From positions 75,344 to 139,343 of the forward strand of contig JBFWNL010000009.1 in NCBI GenBank assembly GCA_050251055.1: a stretch of DNA of 64,000 nt. The letters run 5' to 3'. Source of the DNA: Bacteriovoracia bacterium (GTDB taxonomy: Bacteria > Bdellovibrionota > UBA1018 > JBFWNL01). The translations under genes were made by a program, and so were the position numbers. Positions 1-8,764 of the stretch are shown here, piece after piece (the first letter of the stretch is position 1; the number at the start of each line of letters is the position of its first letter). The notes under the pieces are model-generated. The model worked only from the letters and a program-made list of their open reading frames with translations. It was not told where the DNA came from and made no database searches.

Positions 1-184
1 TCCAACGCTCAAACGCCCTCATATCGATCTTGAGCTTGGCTTCGGCCTTGTCAGCTTTCGGAAAATACTGACCGAGCTTCTCAAGATACTCGCCTTCGCG
101 CTTCTTCATCTTGTCGATGGCGACCACGAGGTAGTTCGGCTTTTTCTTGGCGCCCTGGCGGGACAAACGGATCACAACGGACAT
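1..184 (-). CDS. rpsP: 30S ribosomal protein S16 (3' end runs off the window)
   Basis: Manual translation from ATG at 184: MSVVIRLSRQGAKKKPNYLVVAIDKMKKREGEYLEKLGQY..., the typical S16 N-terminus; absent from the ORF track because it is truncated. Confidence 0.95.
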   Translation of the reverse strand, partial: MSVVIRLSRQGAKKKPNYLVVAIDKMKKREGEYLEKLGQYFPKADKAEAKLKIDMRAFERW

Positions 185-315
185 GAGATACCTTTCAAAA
201 AAATGATTGAACTCGACTACTTAGCAATCAGCCGGGAGGCCGTCAACAAAAAGGTATCCGAGCGTTTCCCTGTGCCGCGCCCTGCCACAAAAAACACCTG
301 GATGCCTTTATATCC

Positions 316-876
316 TTATTTTGAAAGGGATTTTCGGATGGCCTCGAGGAGCAACGCTCGCTCGGGGTCAGGAGACTTCCAGCCGGGCTTCATGAGGCGC
401 CCCCCAGCCCCCGGAGGGATCTCGTGCGTGGGATTCTCCATCCCGGTCAGGAGCAACGCGGGGATCTTGCGCGTAACCAGCTCCTTGAGAAAATCCAGAC
501 TGGATTCCCCGGGGAGTACTTCATCCAAAAGCACCAAATCCGGCCTACGACGCTCGAGTTCCATGCGCGCCTCCCAAATATTTGCCGCCATCGACTGCAC
601 GACGACTTCGCCGCTCTCCTCCAAGACCAGCTTTAGAAACTGGCGCATGGAATCGATGTCTTCGACGATCATCAACTTATGCTTGCGTACGGGAGACGAT
701 ACCGGAATCCCGGCCGAAGACGCACTCGATATTTTTTTGACAGCCGTGGTGGACCGGCGGACGCGCTTGGATTTTGACGGGGGCCGACTCCGCGCGACCT
801 TCTCATTTCTCATAGGCTTCGCGCCAACCTTGGCCTGCTTCTTCGCCTTGCTTCGCTTCTTTTTCGCCGCCGCCAT
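316..876 (-). CDS. Stand-alone response regulator receiver protein with a basic N-terminal extension
   Basis: LMIVEDID, PDLVLLD (phospho-Asp), LLLTG and MKP receiver motifs; no output domain. Confidence 0.8.
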   Translation of the reverse strand: MAAAKKKRSKAKKQAKVGAKPMRNEKVARSRPPSKSKRVRRSTTAVKKISSASSAGIPVSSPVRKHKLMIVEDIDSMRQFLKLVLEESGEVVVQSMAANIWEARMELERRRPDLVLLDEVLPGESSLDFLKELVTRKIPALLLTGMENPTHEIPPGAGGRLMKPGWKSPDPERALLLEAIRKSLSK

Positions 877-933
877 CGTTCCCGCCGTGATGCCTAGAAG
901 TTAAGTTATTCCGATATTTTACCGAACCAAAGG

Positions 934-1485
934 GTGAGTATGGCTGCGCATCCGCACTTCCTTTGGACCGATCTCTTTCGCCGGCAAAAGTCCGAGCAAA
1001 GCTCCCTCATCGAGGCGCTTAAAGACAACGTTCTCTTCAGCACCTTAAACGCCCGGGAGCTCTCTTATCTCGCGCGCATGGTTTACGAGAGAGTGTATCA
1101 GCAGGACGAGAACATCTTCCACCAAAATGATCGTGGCTTCGGAATGTACCTCATTGTGAAGGGACGCGTGGCGATCAAAACCATGCGCCATGATGGCGAA
1201 GTACTCGTTACCACGCTGGGCAAAGGCAGTTTCTTCGGTGAACTCTCGCTGGTGGATCCAGAAAACATCCGCACCGCCACCGCCGCCGCTTCCGAGCGCA
1301 CCGTGCTGGCCGGGTTCTTCAAACCCGACCTCTTGGAAATCCTGGAGCGCAAACCGGCGATGGGCGTGAAGATCCTCCACCAGCTTTCGACCGTGCTCGG
1401 TCGCCGCCTGCTCGAAACCACCGAAAAGATCACGCTGCTGACCCAGGCGCGCGGAATCGAGAAGGTCCATGGTCAAGTCTTCTGA
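934..1485 (+). CDS. Cyclic nucleotide-binding domain protein
   Basis: IFHQNDRGFGMYLIVKGRV, GSFFGELSL and RTATAAA cNMP-binding motifs. Confidence 0.9.
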   Translation: MSMAAHPHFLWTDLFRRQKSEQSSLIEALKDNVLFSTLNARELSYLARMVYERVYQQDENIFHQNDRGFGMYLIVKGRVAIKTMRHDGEVLVTTLGKGSFFGELSLVDPENIRTATAAASERTVLAGFFKPDLLEILERKPAMGVKILHQLSTVLGRRLLETTEKITLLTQARGIEKVHGQVF

Positions 1486-2557
1486 TTTCCAGCTGCGCCG
1501 AGATATCATCAAGCTGCTCTGCGTGTTCGGGGTCCTGGCCGGAATCGCCGGAATTTTCCTCGTTACGCCCGCGCTTTCCTCGCCCACGCTGATTTCCATC
1601 ATTCTCACGATGCTGCTCTCGCCGCTCGTTACGTCGCTCCAACGCCGGGGATTCAGTCGCTCGCTCGCGATCGGGCTGATCTTCCTCGTCGCCACGGTGC
1701 TTTTCGGCATTGCCAGCATCAAAGCCACGCGATCCATCGGCGCCCAGTGGGAATCGTTCCAACAAAAAGCCCCGGAGTACTTCGATCTCACCGTGATCCG
1801 CCTGAAAACCTTCGAGCAGGGCTGGAAAGCGAAACTTCCGTTCCTAGAGGGTTTTCACGCAACCGACACCCTCATTGGCTGGGGCGAAAAGAACGGGGCG
1901 TGGTTTCTAAGTCACGGAGCCGACTTTCTGAGTTGGATTTTCCTCGTACCCATCCTGACCTTCTTCCTGTTGAAGGATGGATATGCGCTCCGCAAGTGGC
2001 TGATTGATCTTGTGCCTAATCGCTTCTTCGAGTCTTCGTTCATGATCAGCAGCCAGGTTTTCGAATGCCTTTCAGACTATATCCGCGCCAAGCTAATCGA
2101 GGCATTTCTGGTGGGCGCGATGGTGACCGTGGGACTGATGGCGGTGAAAGCTCCCTACCCCGTCGTGTTCGGCGTGATTGCCGGTGTGACGAACATCATT
2201 CCCTATCTGGGACCGTTCCTGGGCGCAATTCCGGGGGTGCTCGTCATGACCTTCGATGCGAGCCAGGCCGAACTGATCTGGCCGGTCGTGATGGTTTACT
2301 TGGTTGCGAACATCATCGATACGGTGCTGATATTCCCAGTAATCGTCGCGAAGCTCGTGGATCTGCACCCCTTGCTGCTTTTAGCGGCGGTGATCGTGGG
2401 TCAGCATTACTACGGACTCGTGGGCATGCTCATCAGCGTCCCGGTGGCCACCGTCTTGAAGGTAATGCTGCAGGAAATTTACTTTGTCGTCTATGAACGC
2501 TCCAAGCAGCGCGTGAACTCCCTGGCCGGGGATGCGGACGAGTCCGCCGCGGCCTAA
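1469..2557 (+). CDS. AI-2E family transporter (PerM-like)
   Basis: Multi-TM protein with FFLLKDG, NIIPYLGPFLG and LHPLLLLAAVIVG...G..GMLISVP motifs. Confidence 0.9.
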   Translation: MVKSSDFQLRRDIIKLLCVFGVLAGIAGIFLVTPALSSPTLISIILTMLLSPLVTSLQRRGFSRSLAIGLIFLVATVLFGIASIKATRSIGAQWESFQQKAPEYFDLTVIRLKTFEQGWKAKLPFLEGFHATDTLIGWGEKNGAWFLSHGADFLSWIFLVPILTFFLLKDGYALRKWLIDLVPNRFFESSFMISSQVFECLSDYIRAKLIEAFLVGAMVTVGLMAVKAPYPVVFGVIAGVTNIIPYLGPFLGAIPGVLVMTFDASQAELIWPVVMVYLVANIIDTVLIFPVIVAKLVDLHPLLLLAAVIVGQHYYGLVGMLISVPVATVLKVMLQEIYFVVYERSKQRVNSLAGDADESAAA

Positions 2558-3714
2558 AGCTCGCTACCGATCCAGGTCTGCCAGTCGGTGAAAAAAGCCG
2601 GATTCCCCGAAACCCCGCCTACGTTCGGATGCCCGCCAAGCGGTCCCAGCGGCGTTACGATGAGCTGGGAGGCCGGCGGATTGGCTGGATTAGTTTTCAT
2701 CCGGGTGAGCAGGCACTTCGTCTGATCCGGAGTGGTCGTATTTGCGCCCAGGTTGAAAGCGCCTACACCTTGACCGGTGCCGGTGTGACAGCTAAAGCAA
2801 TTCGTCCTCAGCGGCGGGAATACGTTCGCGGAGAAGCCCGCGAAATTCTTACAGCCTTGGGCCGCCTCAATCACCACGAAGGCAAAACCCACGGTATCAA
2901 CGCCCGGGCCTTGGGCCTGTGCGACGTTGAGCATGAGTGTGCTCACGTTCTGGGTCGTGGGCGGCATCACCGTGGTGTCCACTGTCGTGTAGGTAGACGC
3001 GCTGAAAATTTCGAGATTATTGATGACTGGAATGAAATCAGCCACGCGTACGCCGTTCGTCGCCCCACCCGGGAAAGTGATGCGTGGGTTGCGGAAAAGA
3101 TAGGCGTTAGTGGGATTGCTCGTGCCGGGCACATTCGGCCGACTCACTTCGATGGTAAAGGTGTATCCCGCTAGCTGCGGGCTGACTTCGGAAAGGTTCC
3201 AGGCCGGCAGCACCTGGAAGGTCGCGTTTAGACCCGCGGGAATCTGTTTCTGGGAAAGCCGGATACGGGAACTCGGCGCCGGGGCACCCCCGTCGCAAGC
3301 TCCCTGAACCACGCATTCTCCGTCTTCCCACCAGTGAGTAACCGCGTCCTGCATTTGCTGGCGACGCGCGGGGGTACCACAAAGCTCTACGCTGCCACAG
3401 TGATTATCCCCGGATTTTACGACGATCTTGGAACCCGGGATGTTCCCGAAGTTAACGATGCTGCTCGAGAGCACGACGCTGTAAGCCTGTTCCGCGCTCG
3501 CCACCGCGAACTGAGGTGACTGGATGGTACCGTGGCACTGGGAACAGTTGGCGGTGATGATGGGGAATACGGATGTCTTGAAAGCTCCGAGACTGTCGCC
3601 ACTGCGGGAGACTCGGCTGGCCAGCACGGCGTCCTTCTGCTTGAAGAGCGAACAACCGGAGGCAGCGAAACCCACCGTTAGCATCAACAGGCTAATTAAT
3701 CCCTGAATACGCAT
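2554..3714 (-). CDS. Di-haem c-type cytochrome lipoprotein
   Basis: Lipobox AASGC; two CxxCH motifs (CSQCH, CFSCH), each in a VFP...NC..CH context. Confidence 0.75.
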   Translation of the reverse strand: MRIQGLISLLMLTVGFAASGCSLFKQKDAVLASRVSRSGDSLGAFKTSVFPIITANCSQCHGTIQSPQFAVASAEQAYSVVLSSSIVNFGNIPGSKIVVKSGDNHCGSVELCGTPARRQQMQDAVTHWWEDGECVVQGACDGGAPAPSSRIRLSQKQIPAGLNATFQVLPAWNLSEVSPQLAGYTFTIEVSRPNVPGTSNPTNAYLFRNPRITFPGGATNGVRVADFIPVINNLEIFSASTYTTVDTTVMPPTTQNVSTLMLNVAQAQGPGVDTVGFAFVVIEAAQGCKNFAGFSANVFPPLRTNCFSCHTGTGQGVGAFNLGANTTTPDQTKCLLTRMKTNPANPPASQLIVTPLGPLGGHPNVGGVSGNPAFFTDWQTWIGSEL

Positions 3715-3773
3715 CCGCTCTACTATCCCCTTCCCCTGCCGAACTACCGTCCTAAATGATACCCGATCCGCGG

Positions 3774-5240
3774 CTATCCGCGCGCGAAAACCACGCCTTT
3801 ACCCAAGTCAGTGCCGTTGAGAATCGGCGTGCGGCCCGCCGGCAATTTGGCGACGTACTCGTCCGGAGCCCGGCGATTGAACGACAACCAATTGGCGACT
3901 AGGAGCTCGCAAGCCCCGCCCGGGTTACCCGAAAAGGTGGCGTAGTTGTTGAGCACGCCGCCATTGTCGGCGTTGAGCACGCCGACTTGCGGCTTGGAAA
4001 CGACCGGACGATTGACCGGATCGTAGGCGAAAAGCGAAACCGCGCCAGCCTCCCCGCGGTCGGAAGCCCAGCCGAAGAAGCTCACGCCGCCTGAGTTGGG
4101 CTGACTGCCCGCATCTACGGTACCGTTCGAGGAGACCGAACCATCGGAGATCAAGCCGATCATCAGCGGCTTGCCCGCGCGAGCTGCCGCCTCCAGCGCC
4201 TTGCGGATCACGAGCGCCGTCTTGCGGTTGCGTGTCGTACCGGCGTTGCGGTTGTTGTTGTGATAATCGAAGCCGCCCAATTCGGCGGTCGCAAATCCAG
4301 CATAGCCACTGAGCAGGAGGTGCACGAGCGTAGCGACCCGCGCTTCTTCGTTATCGCCCAGGTTGAAAGCGCCGGCCGTGACGGCGCCGTCGACGATCGA
4401 ATTACCCGTCGGGTTCGGCGAGGCCGCACCACCGCCTAGCTCCGCGCCGCCTTTGTATCCGCAGTACACCAGATCCTGCACTTGCTTAGGCAAAGACTGG
4501 GCGCTGTAGTTGCGCACTTGGCTGTCGGTCATGCTGGCGATACCGCGCAACACCCGGCTCACGAGGTTGTTATCGTTATTCAGCCGCGTACGCAGCTGTC
4601 CCAAACTGATGAGCGCTCCTGCGTCGTTCGGTGAACTCACACGCACAGAGGTAAAGGCCGCATCGGCAAATAAACTGACGGAGTTACCACCGGACGGGCT
4701 ACCTTGGGTACCCACGACCTTGGCAATGATGCCGTTGGCCCCGCAACGACCCATGGTCGTGCCGGGATTAAAGGGATTGTTGCTTTGATCGTCCCCGCTT
4801 TGCACGGCGATGATGGTGCTATTCACCTTGGCCTTCACGTTAGCCGGCATCGCGGCGAACTCCTGCGAAAAAGGCAGGCCTTGAATATAACGAATCCCGA
4901 TACTGTTATCGAGCAATCCGGTAGGGTCGCCATTCGTACCAAGGCTTCCGTACCCGCCCGCGTTGAGGGGTTGATCGCCCGAAGTAAGCGCAACGGTTTC
5001 GTGGATCATGGCCATGCCGCCGGAGCAATCGATCAAGAGAAAGGGGACGTTTGGCGAAGCCGCCAAGGGAGGGCACGCGACGTCCGCGCGGGCGCGGGCG
5101 GCGAGGGCCATGCCCAACACCGACGGAGCCATCGCCATGCCGACGCCGCTGATGAGGCCGTGACCCAAGAAGTCGCGGCGGGTAACCAGCTTAGGATGGC
5201 CTTCCGGCAATACGATCTTTTTTCCTTTATTATCTTCCAT
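3774..5240 (-). CDS. Putative Tat-exported protein, DUF1501/DUF1552-like
   Basis: TRRDFL twin-arginine motif, then a hydrophobic stretch and ARA; GGFDYH motif reminiscent of DUF1501 GGWDTH. Confidence 0.6.
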   Translation of the reverse strand: MEDNKGKKIVLPEGHPKLVTRRDFLGHGLISGVGMAMAPSVLGMALAARARADVACPPLAASPNVPFLLIDCSGGMAMIHETVALTSGDQPLNAGGYGSLGTNGDPTGLLDNSIGIRYIQGLPFSQEFAAMPANVKAKVNSTIIAVQSGDDQSNNPFNPGTTMGRCGANGIIAKVVGTQGSPSGGNSVSLFADAAFTSVRVSSPNDAGALISLGQLRTRLNNDNNLVSRVLRGIASMTDSQVRNYSAQSLPKQVQDLVYCGYKGGAELGGGAASPNPTGNSIVDGAVTAGAFNLGDNEEARVATLVHLLLSGYAGFATAELGGFDYHNNNRNAGTTRNRKTALVIRKALEAAARAGKPLMIGLISDGSVSSNGTVDAGSQPNSGGVSFFGWASDRGEAGAVSLFAYDPVNRPVVSKPQVGVLNADNGGVLNNYATFSGNPGGACELLVANWLSFNRRAPDEYVAKLPAGRTPILNGTDLGKGVVFARG

Positions 5241-5279
5241 AACTCTCTCTATCCTTCCCCTAAATACGAAACGAAAAAA

Positions 5280-5873
5280 TTAGTTCAAAACCGTCGACTT
5301 CGCCGAAGCGAGCACGGCCGTGCAAAGCGCCACGTTCAAGCCCTGGCCGTTCGCTCCCCCCGCCTTCAAATCCGAGTGCAGGGAACGCAGGACTTCCACC
5401 TGCTCCGCCGCCGGCGACGGTTCGAGCAGAAATTTCTGAAGGAGCGCCGTGATCACGCCATCCCGAGCCGCGTCCGGAAAGCTGGTGTTAGTCGTGCCCG
5501 GAAAGTAATCCAGGCGATTGGCGGCGCCATTCAGGATGTCGCAGAAACGCGAAGCCAGACGCGCTTGCGCCACCGTTACCGTGGCCGAAAGCGTTCGCGG
5601 ATCGTTCACGGAGGTCATCAGGTTGTTGCGCACGCTATTGTATTCGTTGTTGGCCGGGCCGGCGGTCGAAGTGTCGATGCCGGTGAGCACGCCCATGGTC
5701 TTGTAAGTCTGCACGAAATCACGGGATCCCGTACCCAAGATCAGACTATTGATATCGAATTCACTCGGCCGGGCGTAGTTGACCAGGTCTTTCTTAGGGG
5801 TCAAGGAACACGCCGTAGCCAGAAGCAGCATCGAAGCGAGGGAAACTTTTTGCATCATATAATTCGTCTTCAT
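5280..5873 (-). CDS. Hypothetical lipoprotein
   Basis: Lipobox LATAC; co-oriented within the 2554-7072 cluster. Confidence 0.7.
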   Translation of the reverse strand: MKTNYMMQKVSLASMLLLATACSLTPKKDLVNYARPSEFDINSLILGTGSRDFVQTYKTMGVLTGIDTSTAGPANNEYNSVRNNLMTSVNDPRTLSATVTVAQARLASRFCDILNGAANRLDYFPGTTNTSFPDAARDGVITALLQKFLLEPSPAAEQVEVLRSLHSDLKAGGANGQGLNVALCTAVLASAKSTVLN

Positions 5874-5884
5874 GGGCTACTCCT

Positions 5885-7072
5885 TTACTGCATCATGCAC
5901 TGAGGAAGGATGGACGCGTCCTCAATGAGTTCCCGTAAGTTATAGTTGTCCGCTTCGAAGCTGGTCGCGAGCTGGACGATGGTTCCGGACTCATCTCCGC
6001 TTGGTTCACGCAAGCAAACCAGGCGAAACGCGCGCTTGGCCATGCATTTTGAAAAAGCTTCCGTCTTCTGGAGCGCTTCCCCCAACGCGCGCACGCCGTT
6101 GCCGCCCGAAGTAGCCGGGCCGCGCCAGCCGAGACCTACGTTGTTATTCTCATCCCAGTAGTTGAGCCAGGAGTTGTTCGATGTTTGGAACCCGGAAGGA
6201 TAAACGCCGCCGTTTTGGTTCATCTTGTTCTGGACGCCGCCTTGGGTGATCTGATCCGAGAAGTTGAAGAAAGCCCAAGCGCCGGACATCGCATCCAAGC
6301 CTTTGTGACAGCCGCTGCACTGAGTTTGATAGATCGTGTGATCTCCCGTAGGATACCGGCTCACGTCGCGCCGCACGCGATCATCGCTGATGTTAGTATC
6401 AGCAACTTCGGGAATGTCCTTACAAAGGAAGTCTATGAACGCGAACCGGGTGGCGCGCCGGTTGGTGCCGGCGCTCAAGAATGCAGATCCGAAAGCGCGG
6501 GTGGTGAGCAAACCGGCCGTGTCCGTGATCTGTGGCTGCGCCGCACTTTGCGCGACCATCTCGAGGGTTGCCGACGCGCGCAGGTCCAGTCCGCCGGCGG
6601 CCGTGGTCAAACGGCCTTCCAGCTGTTGATAGTGGTTATTGCTATTCACCGCGTAGGCCGCGACGCCGGTGAGGCCCGCTACCCCACGGTAAAGGCGGTC
6701 GACCGAGAGCGATTGGTCAAACGGGAAGTCGTCCCGGACCATGCCGACGAACGTGGCCACGAAGTCGTTCATATCCACGTAGGAGTTGATGTCTACGTTG
6801 GTCAGCGGCTTCGCCATGCGCGGAAGGTTGAGATTGTAGAAGTAAAAACTATCGTTCGCCGGCAAGGTCGCGATCTGAGCCGCGCCCTTCAGGTTGCCGA
6901 CATCGATCAAGTTTTTCATCTGGATGATAGTCGATTCGCTGGGCACGACGCCCGTCAAACGACTAAAAAGAAGAATCGCTTTTTCACGAGATCCACCCTG
7001 GGCCGTCGCTGCCGAAAGAAGCACGGCGCTCCCGAGTACGATACCACCGAAAATACCACCACTAATCTTCAC
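5885..7072 (-). CDS. Secreted mono-haem c protein with DUF1585-like C-terminus
   Basis: Signal peptide; CSGCH; C-terminal FSKCMAKRAF...CLREP...F....YNLRELI resembles DUF1585; GTG start preceded by GAGGAGG. Confidence 0.65.
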   Translation of the reverse strand: MKISGGIFGGIVLGSAVLLSAATAQGGSREKAILLFSRLTGVVPSESTIIQMKNLIDVGNLKGAAQIATLPANDSFYFYNLNLPRMAKPLTNVDINSYVDMNDFVATFVGMVRDDFPFDQSLSVDRLYRGVAGLTGVAAYAVNSNNHYQQLEGRLTTAAGGLDLRASATLEMVAQSAAQPQITDTAGLLTTRAFGSAFLSAGTNRRATRFAFIDFLCKDIPEVADTNISDDRVRRDVSRYPTGDHTIYQTQCSGCHKGLDAMSGAWAFFNFSDQITQGGVQNKMNQNGGVYPSGFQTSNNSWLNYWDENNNVGLGWRGPATSGGNGVRALGEALQKTEAFSKCMAKRAFRLVCLREPSGDESGTIVQLATSFEADNYNLRELIEDASILPQCMMQ

Positions 7073-7189
7073 TCTGCCTCCTCAGCTCTCACCGGCGTGC
7101 ATTGCCGTTACCGGTTTCTCTCTAAAACCGGCGTGAGACGATCCGTTCTCTTGAGCTGACCCCTAGTACCTATTGCAGAGTCTAAACAG

Positions 7190-7206
7190 AGCAAGCGTGG
7201 TGCCAA
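7190..7206 (-). promoter_or_regulatory. Sigma54 (RpoN) -24/-12 promoter
   Basis: Minus strand reads TTGGCACCACGCTTGCT, matching TGGCAC-N5-TTGC, about 120 nt upstream of the 7072 start. Confidence 0.8.
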
Positions 7207-7387
7207 AGCGGAGTCCTTTGATTTCAACTCCTTGGCTGCCTCGCGCGCTGTCGATTTTCTAGGAAGTTGTTTGGGTATTAGACGACCGTCTAGAAGTTCG
7301 AAATGTGTCCCCGGAAACGCAGGTCATTTCTCTCATGTTTTCAAGGAAAAGCCGGGCAGAAGCAGGTAAACCCGCGGGGCCCAGACG

Positions 7388-8764
7388 TTACCCTACGACC
7401 GACACGTCGTTTAGGAGCGCGAACTCGGGGCCGTAGTAGCCCACGCCGTGCGGACGATCGTTCGCCATAAAAGTAGAAAACTCCGCGCTCTTCACGCACC
7501 GATTGGAAAGCCGCACGTTCGAAAAGTTTTCGAAGATCGATCCAGCTAACGAACCGCCTTTCAGGTACGTCACCGTACCCGCCACGTTATCGAACAGGCG
7601 AGCAAGACGAATCTCGCTGCCGAACGTACCGGTGGTCGGATTGGTGAAAAGGGCCGAGAACTGGAGAATCTCGAGCACCTTGGGGGCGGCCTTCGTCAGC
7701 TCTTCGTAGGTGGACTTACCCGGTTCAATGACCACGCTCCCGCGCGTAGTCGTGGGCCGAATCTTGAGGTAATCCGAGTACTGCTTGTCGGCGATGGTCG
7801 TGATGATCCTATTTTCGCGGACCAGCTCAAGCGGACGCTGTTCTACCCCCTGGTCGGAGATCGAGGTGGATCCCGCCGCGAGCTCGAACTGCGGATCCAG
7901 CTTCAACGTGAGCAAGTCGCCCTTCGCGTCCGGAATAAGCGCGTCACCCGGCTTTTTGAAGGGCAGACCTAAATAGGAGCTCGTCGCCGAAAGATACGGG
8001 ATGTAATCGTTGCAGAGCGAAAGCAACACGTCCGCGCCGACGATCACCGGATAACTGCCGGTCTCGGGCTTTGCCACCTCGATCGTGCGTTCGGCCAGCA
8101 TGGCCGTTTCATCGAAGAGCTTTTCAATGGAAAGGTCGTTCAAACCCACCGACCAAACGCGCGTGTTGAACTCGTCGGAAACCTTCTCGGCTCCGCTTCC
8201 CTTTTCAGCCGAGAACGCCGCTTCAGAATAAATGCGCGAAGAACTTTGGCGACGCACGAGCCCGTTGCTCAGATGCAACTCGCGATCGTGCACGGAAAGG
8301 AAGAGCTCAGCGGAGTTGAAGATAGCCCGACGCTTGGCGGAGGCGAAGCGCACAACATCACGGGTCAAGTCATTCACGACCCGATTCAGGTCTTCGGACA
8401 TCCGGGGGTCCGCCGTGCGTACCTCGGGCAACTTTTGCGGGACCTCTGCGGGCAAATCCCACGCTTCCATATCGGTTTGCTGGGCGGCCGCCACGGCTGA
8501 ATCGAGCTGGGGCCCGAGCGGCAAGAGCGGAAATAGGTTTTTAGCAATCTCGCCCTGGCGTCCCGGTTTTGGGAGCTTCACGAACAAGCGCACGGAGATG
8601 CTCTGCGATTCCGTGTCACGGTCTTGATCCACCGCCACGTGCCCGTCTTTCTCGGCCAGGAAGTATCGCTCTCGGCGATGGACATTCTCCTGGGTCACGA
8701 CCCAAGCCTTCAGCTCGGGACGGCGGCTCAGCTCCGATTTCAACTGCGCGAGCGTCCACTTCAT
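7388..8764 (-). CDS. PmbA/TldE-like metallopeptidase partner subunit
   Basis: TldD/PmbA C-terminal fold motifs (G.YPVI, DQGV, TGTFG.EIRLA); no HExxH; ATGA overlap with the upstream TldD. Confidence 0.8.
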   Translation of the reverse strand: MKWTLAQLKSELSRRPELKAWVVTQENVHRRERYFLAEKDGHVAVDQDRDTESQSISVRLFVKLPKPGRQGEIAKNLFPLLPLGPQLDSAVAAAQQTDMEAWDLPAEVPQKLPEVRTADPRMSEDLNRVVNDLTRDVVRFASAKRRAIFNSAELFLSVHDRELHLSNGLVRRQSSSRIYSEAAFSAEKGSGAEKVSDEFNTRVWSVGLNDLSIEKLFDETAMLAERTIEVAKPETGSYPVIVGADVLLSLCNDYIPYLSATSSYLGLPFKKPGDALIPDAKGDLLTLKLDPQFELAAGSTSISDQGVEQRPLELVRENRIITTIADKQYSDYLKIRPTTTRGSVVIEPGKSTYEELTKAAPKVLEILQFSALFTNPTTGTFGSEIRLARLFDNVAGTVTYLKGGSLAGSIFENFSNVRLSNRCVKSAEFSTFMANDRPHGVGYYGPEFALLNDVSVVG

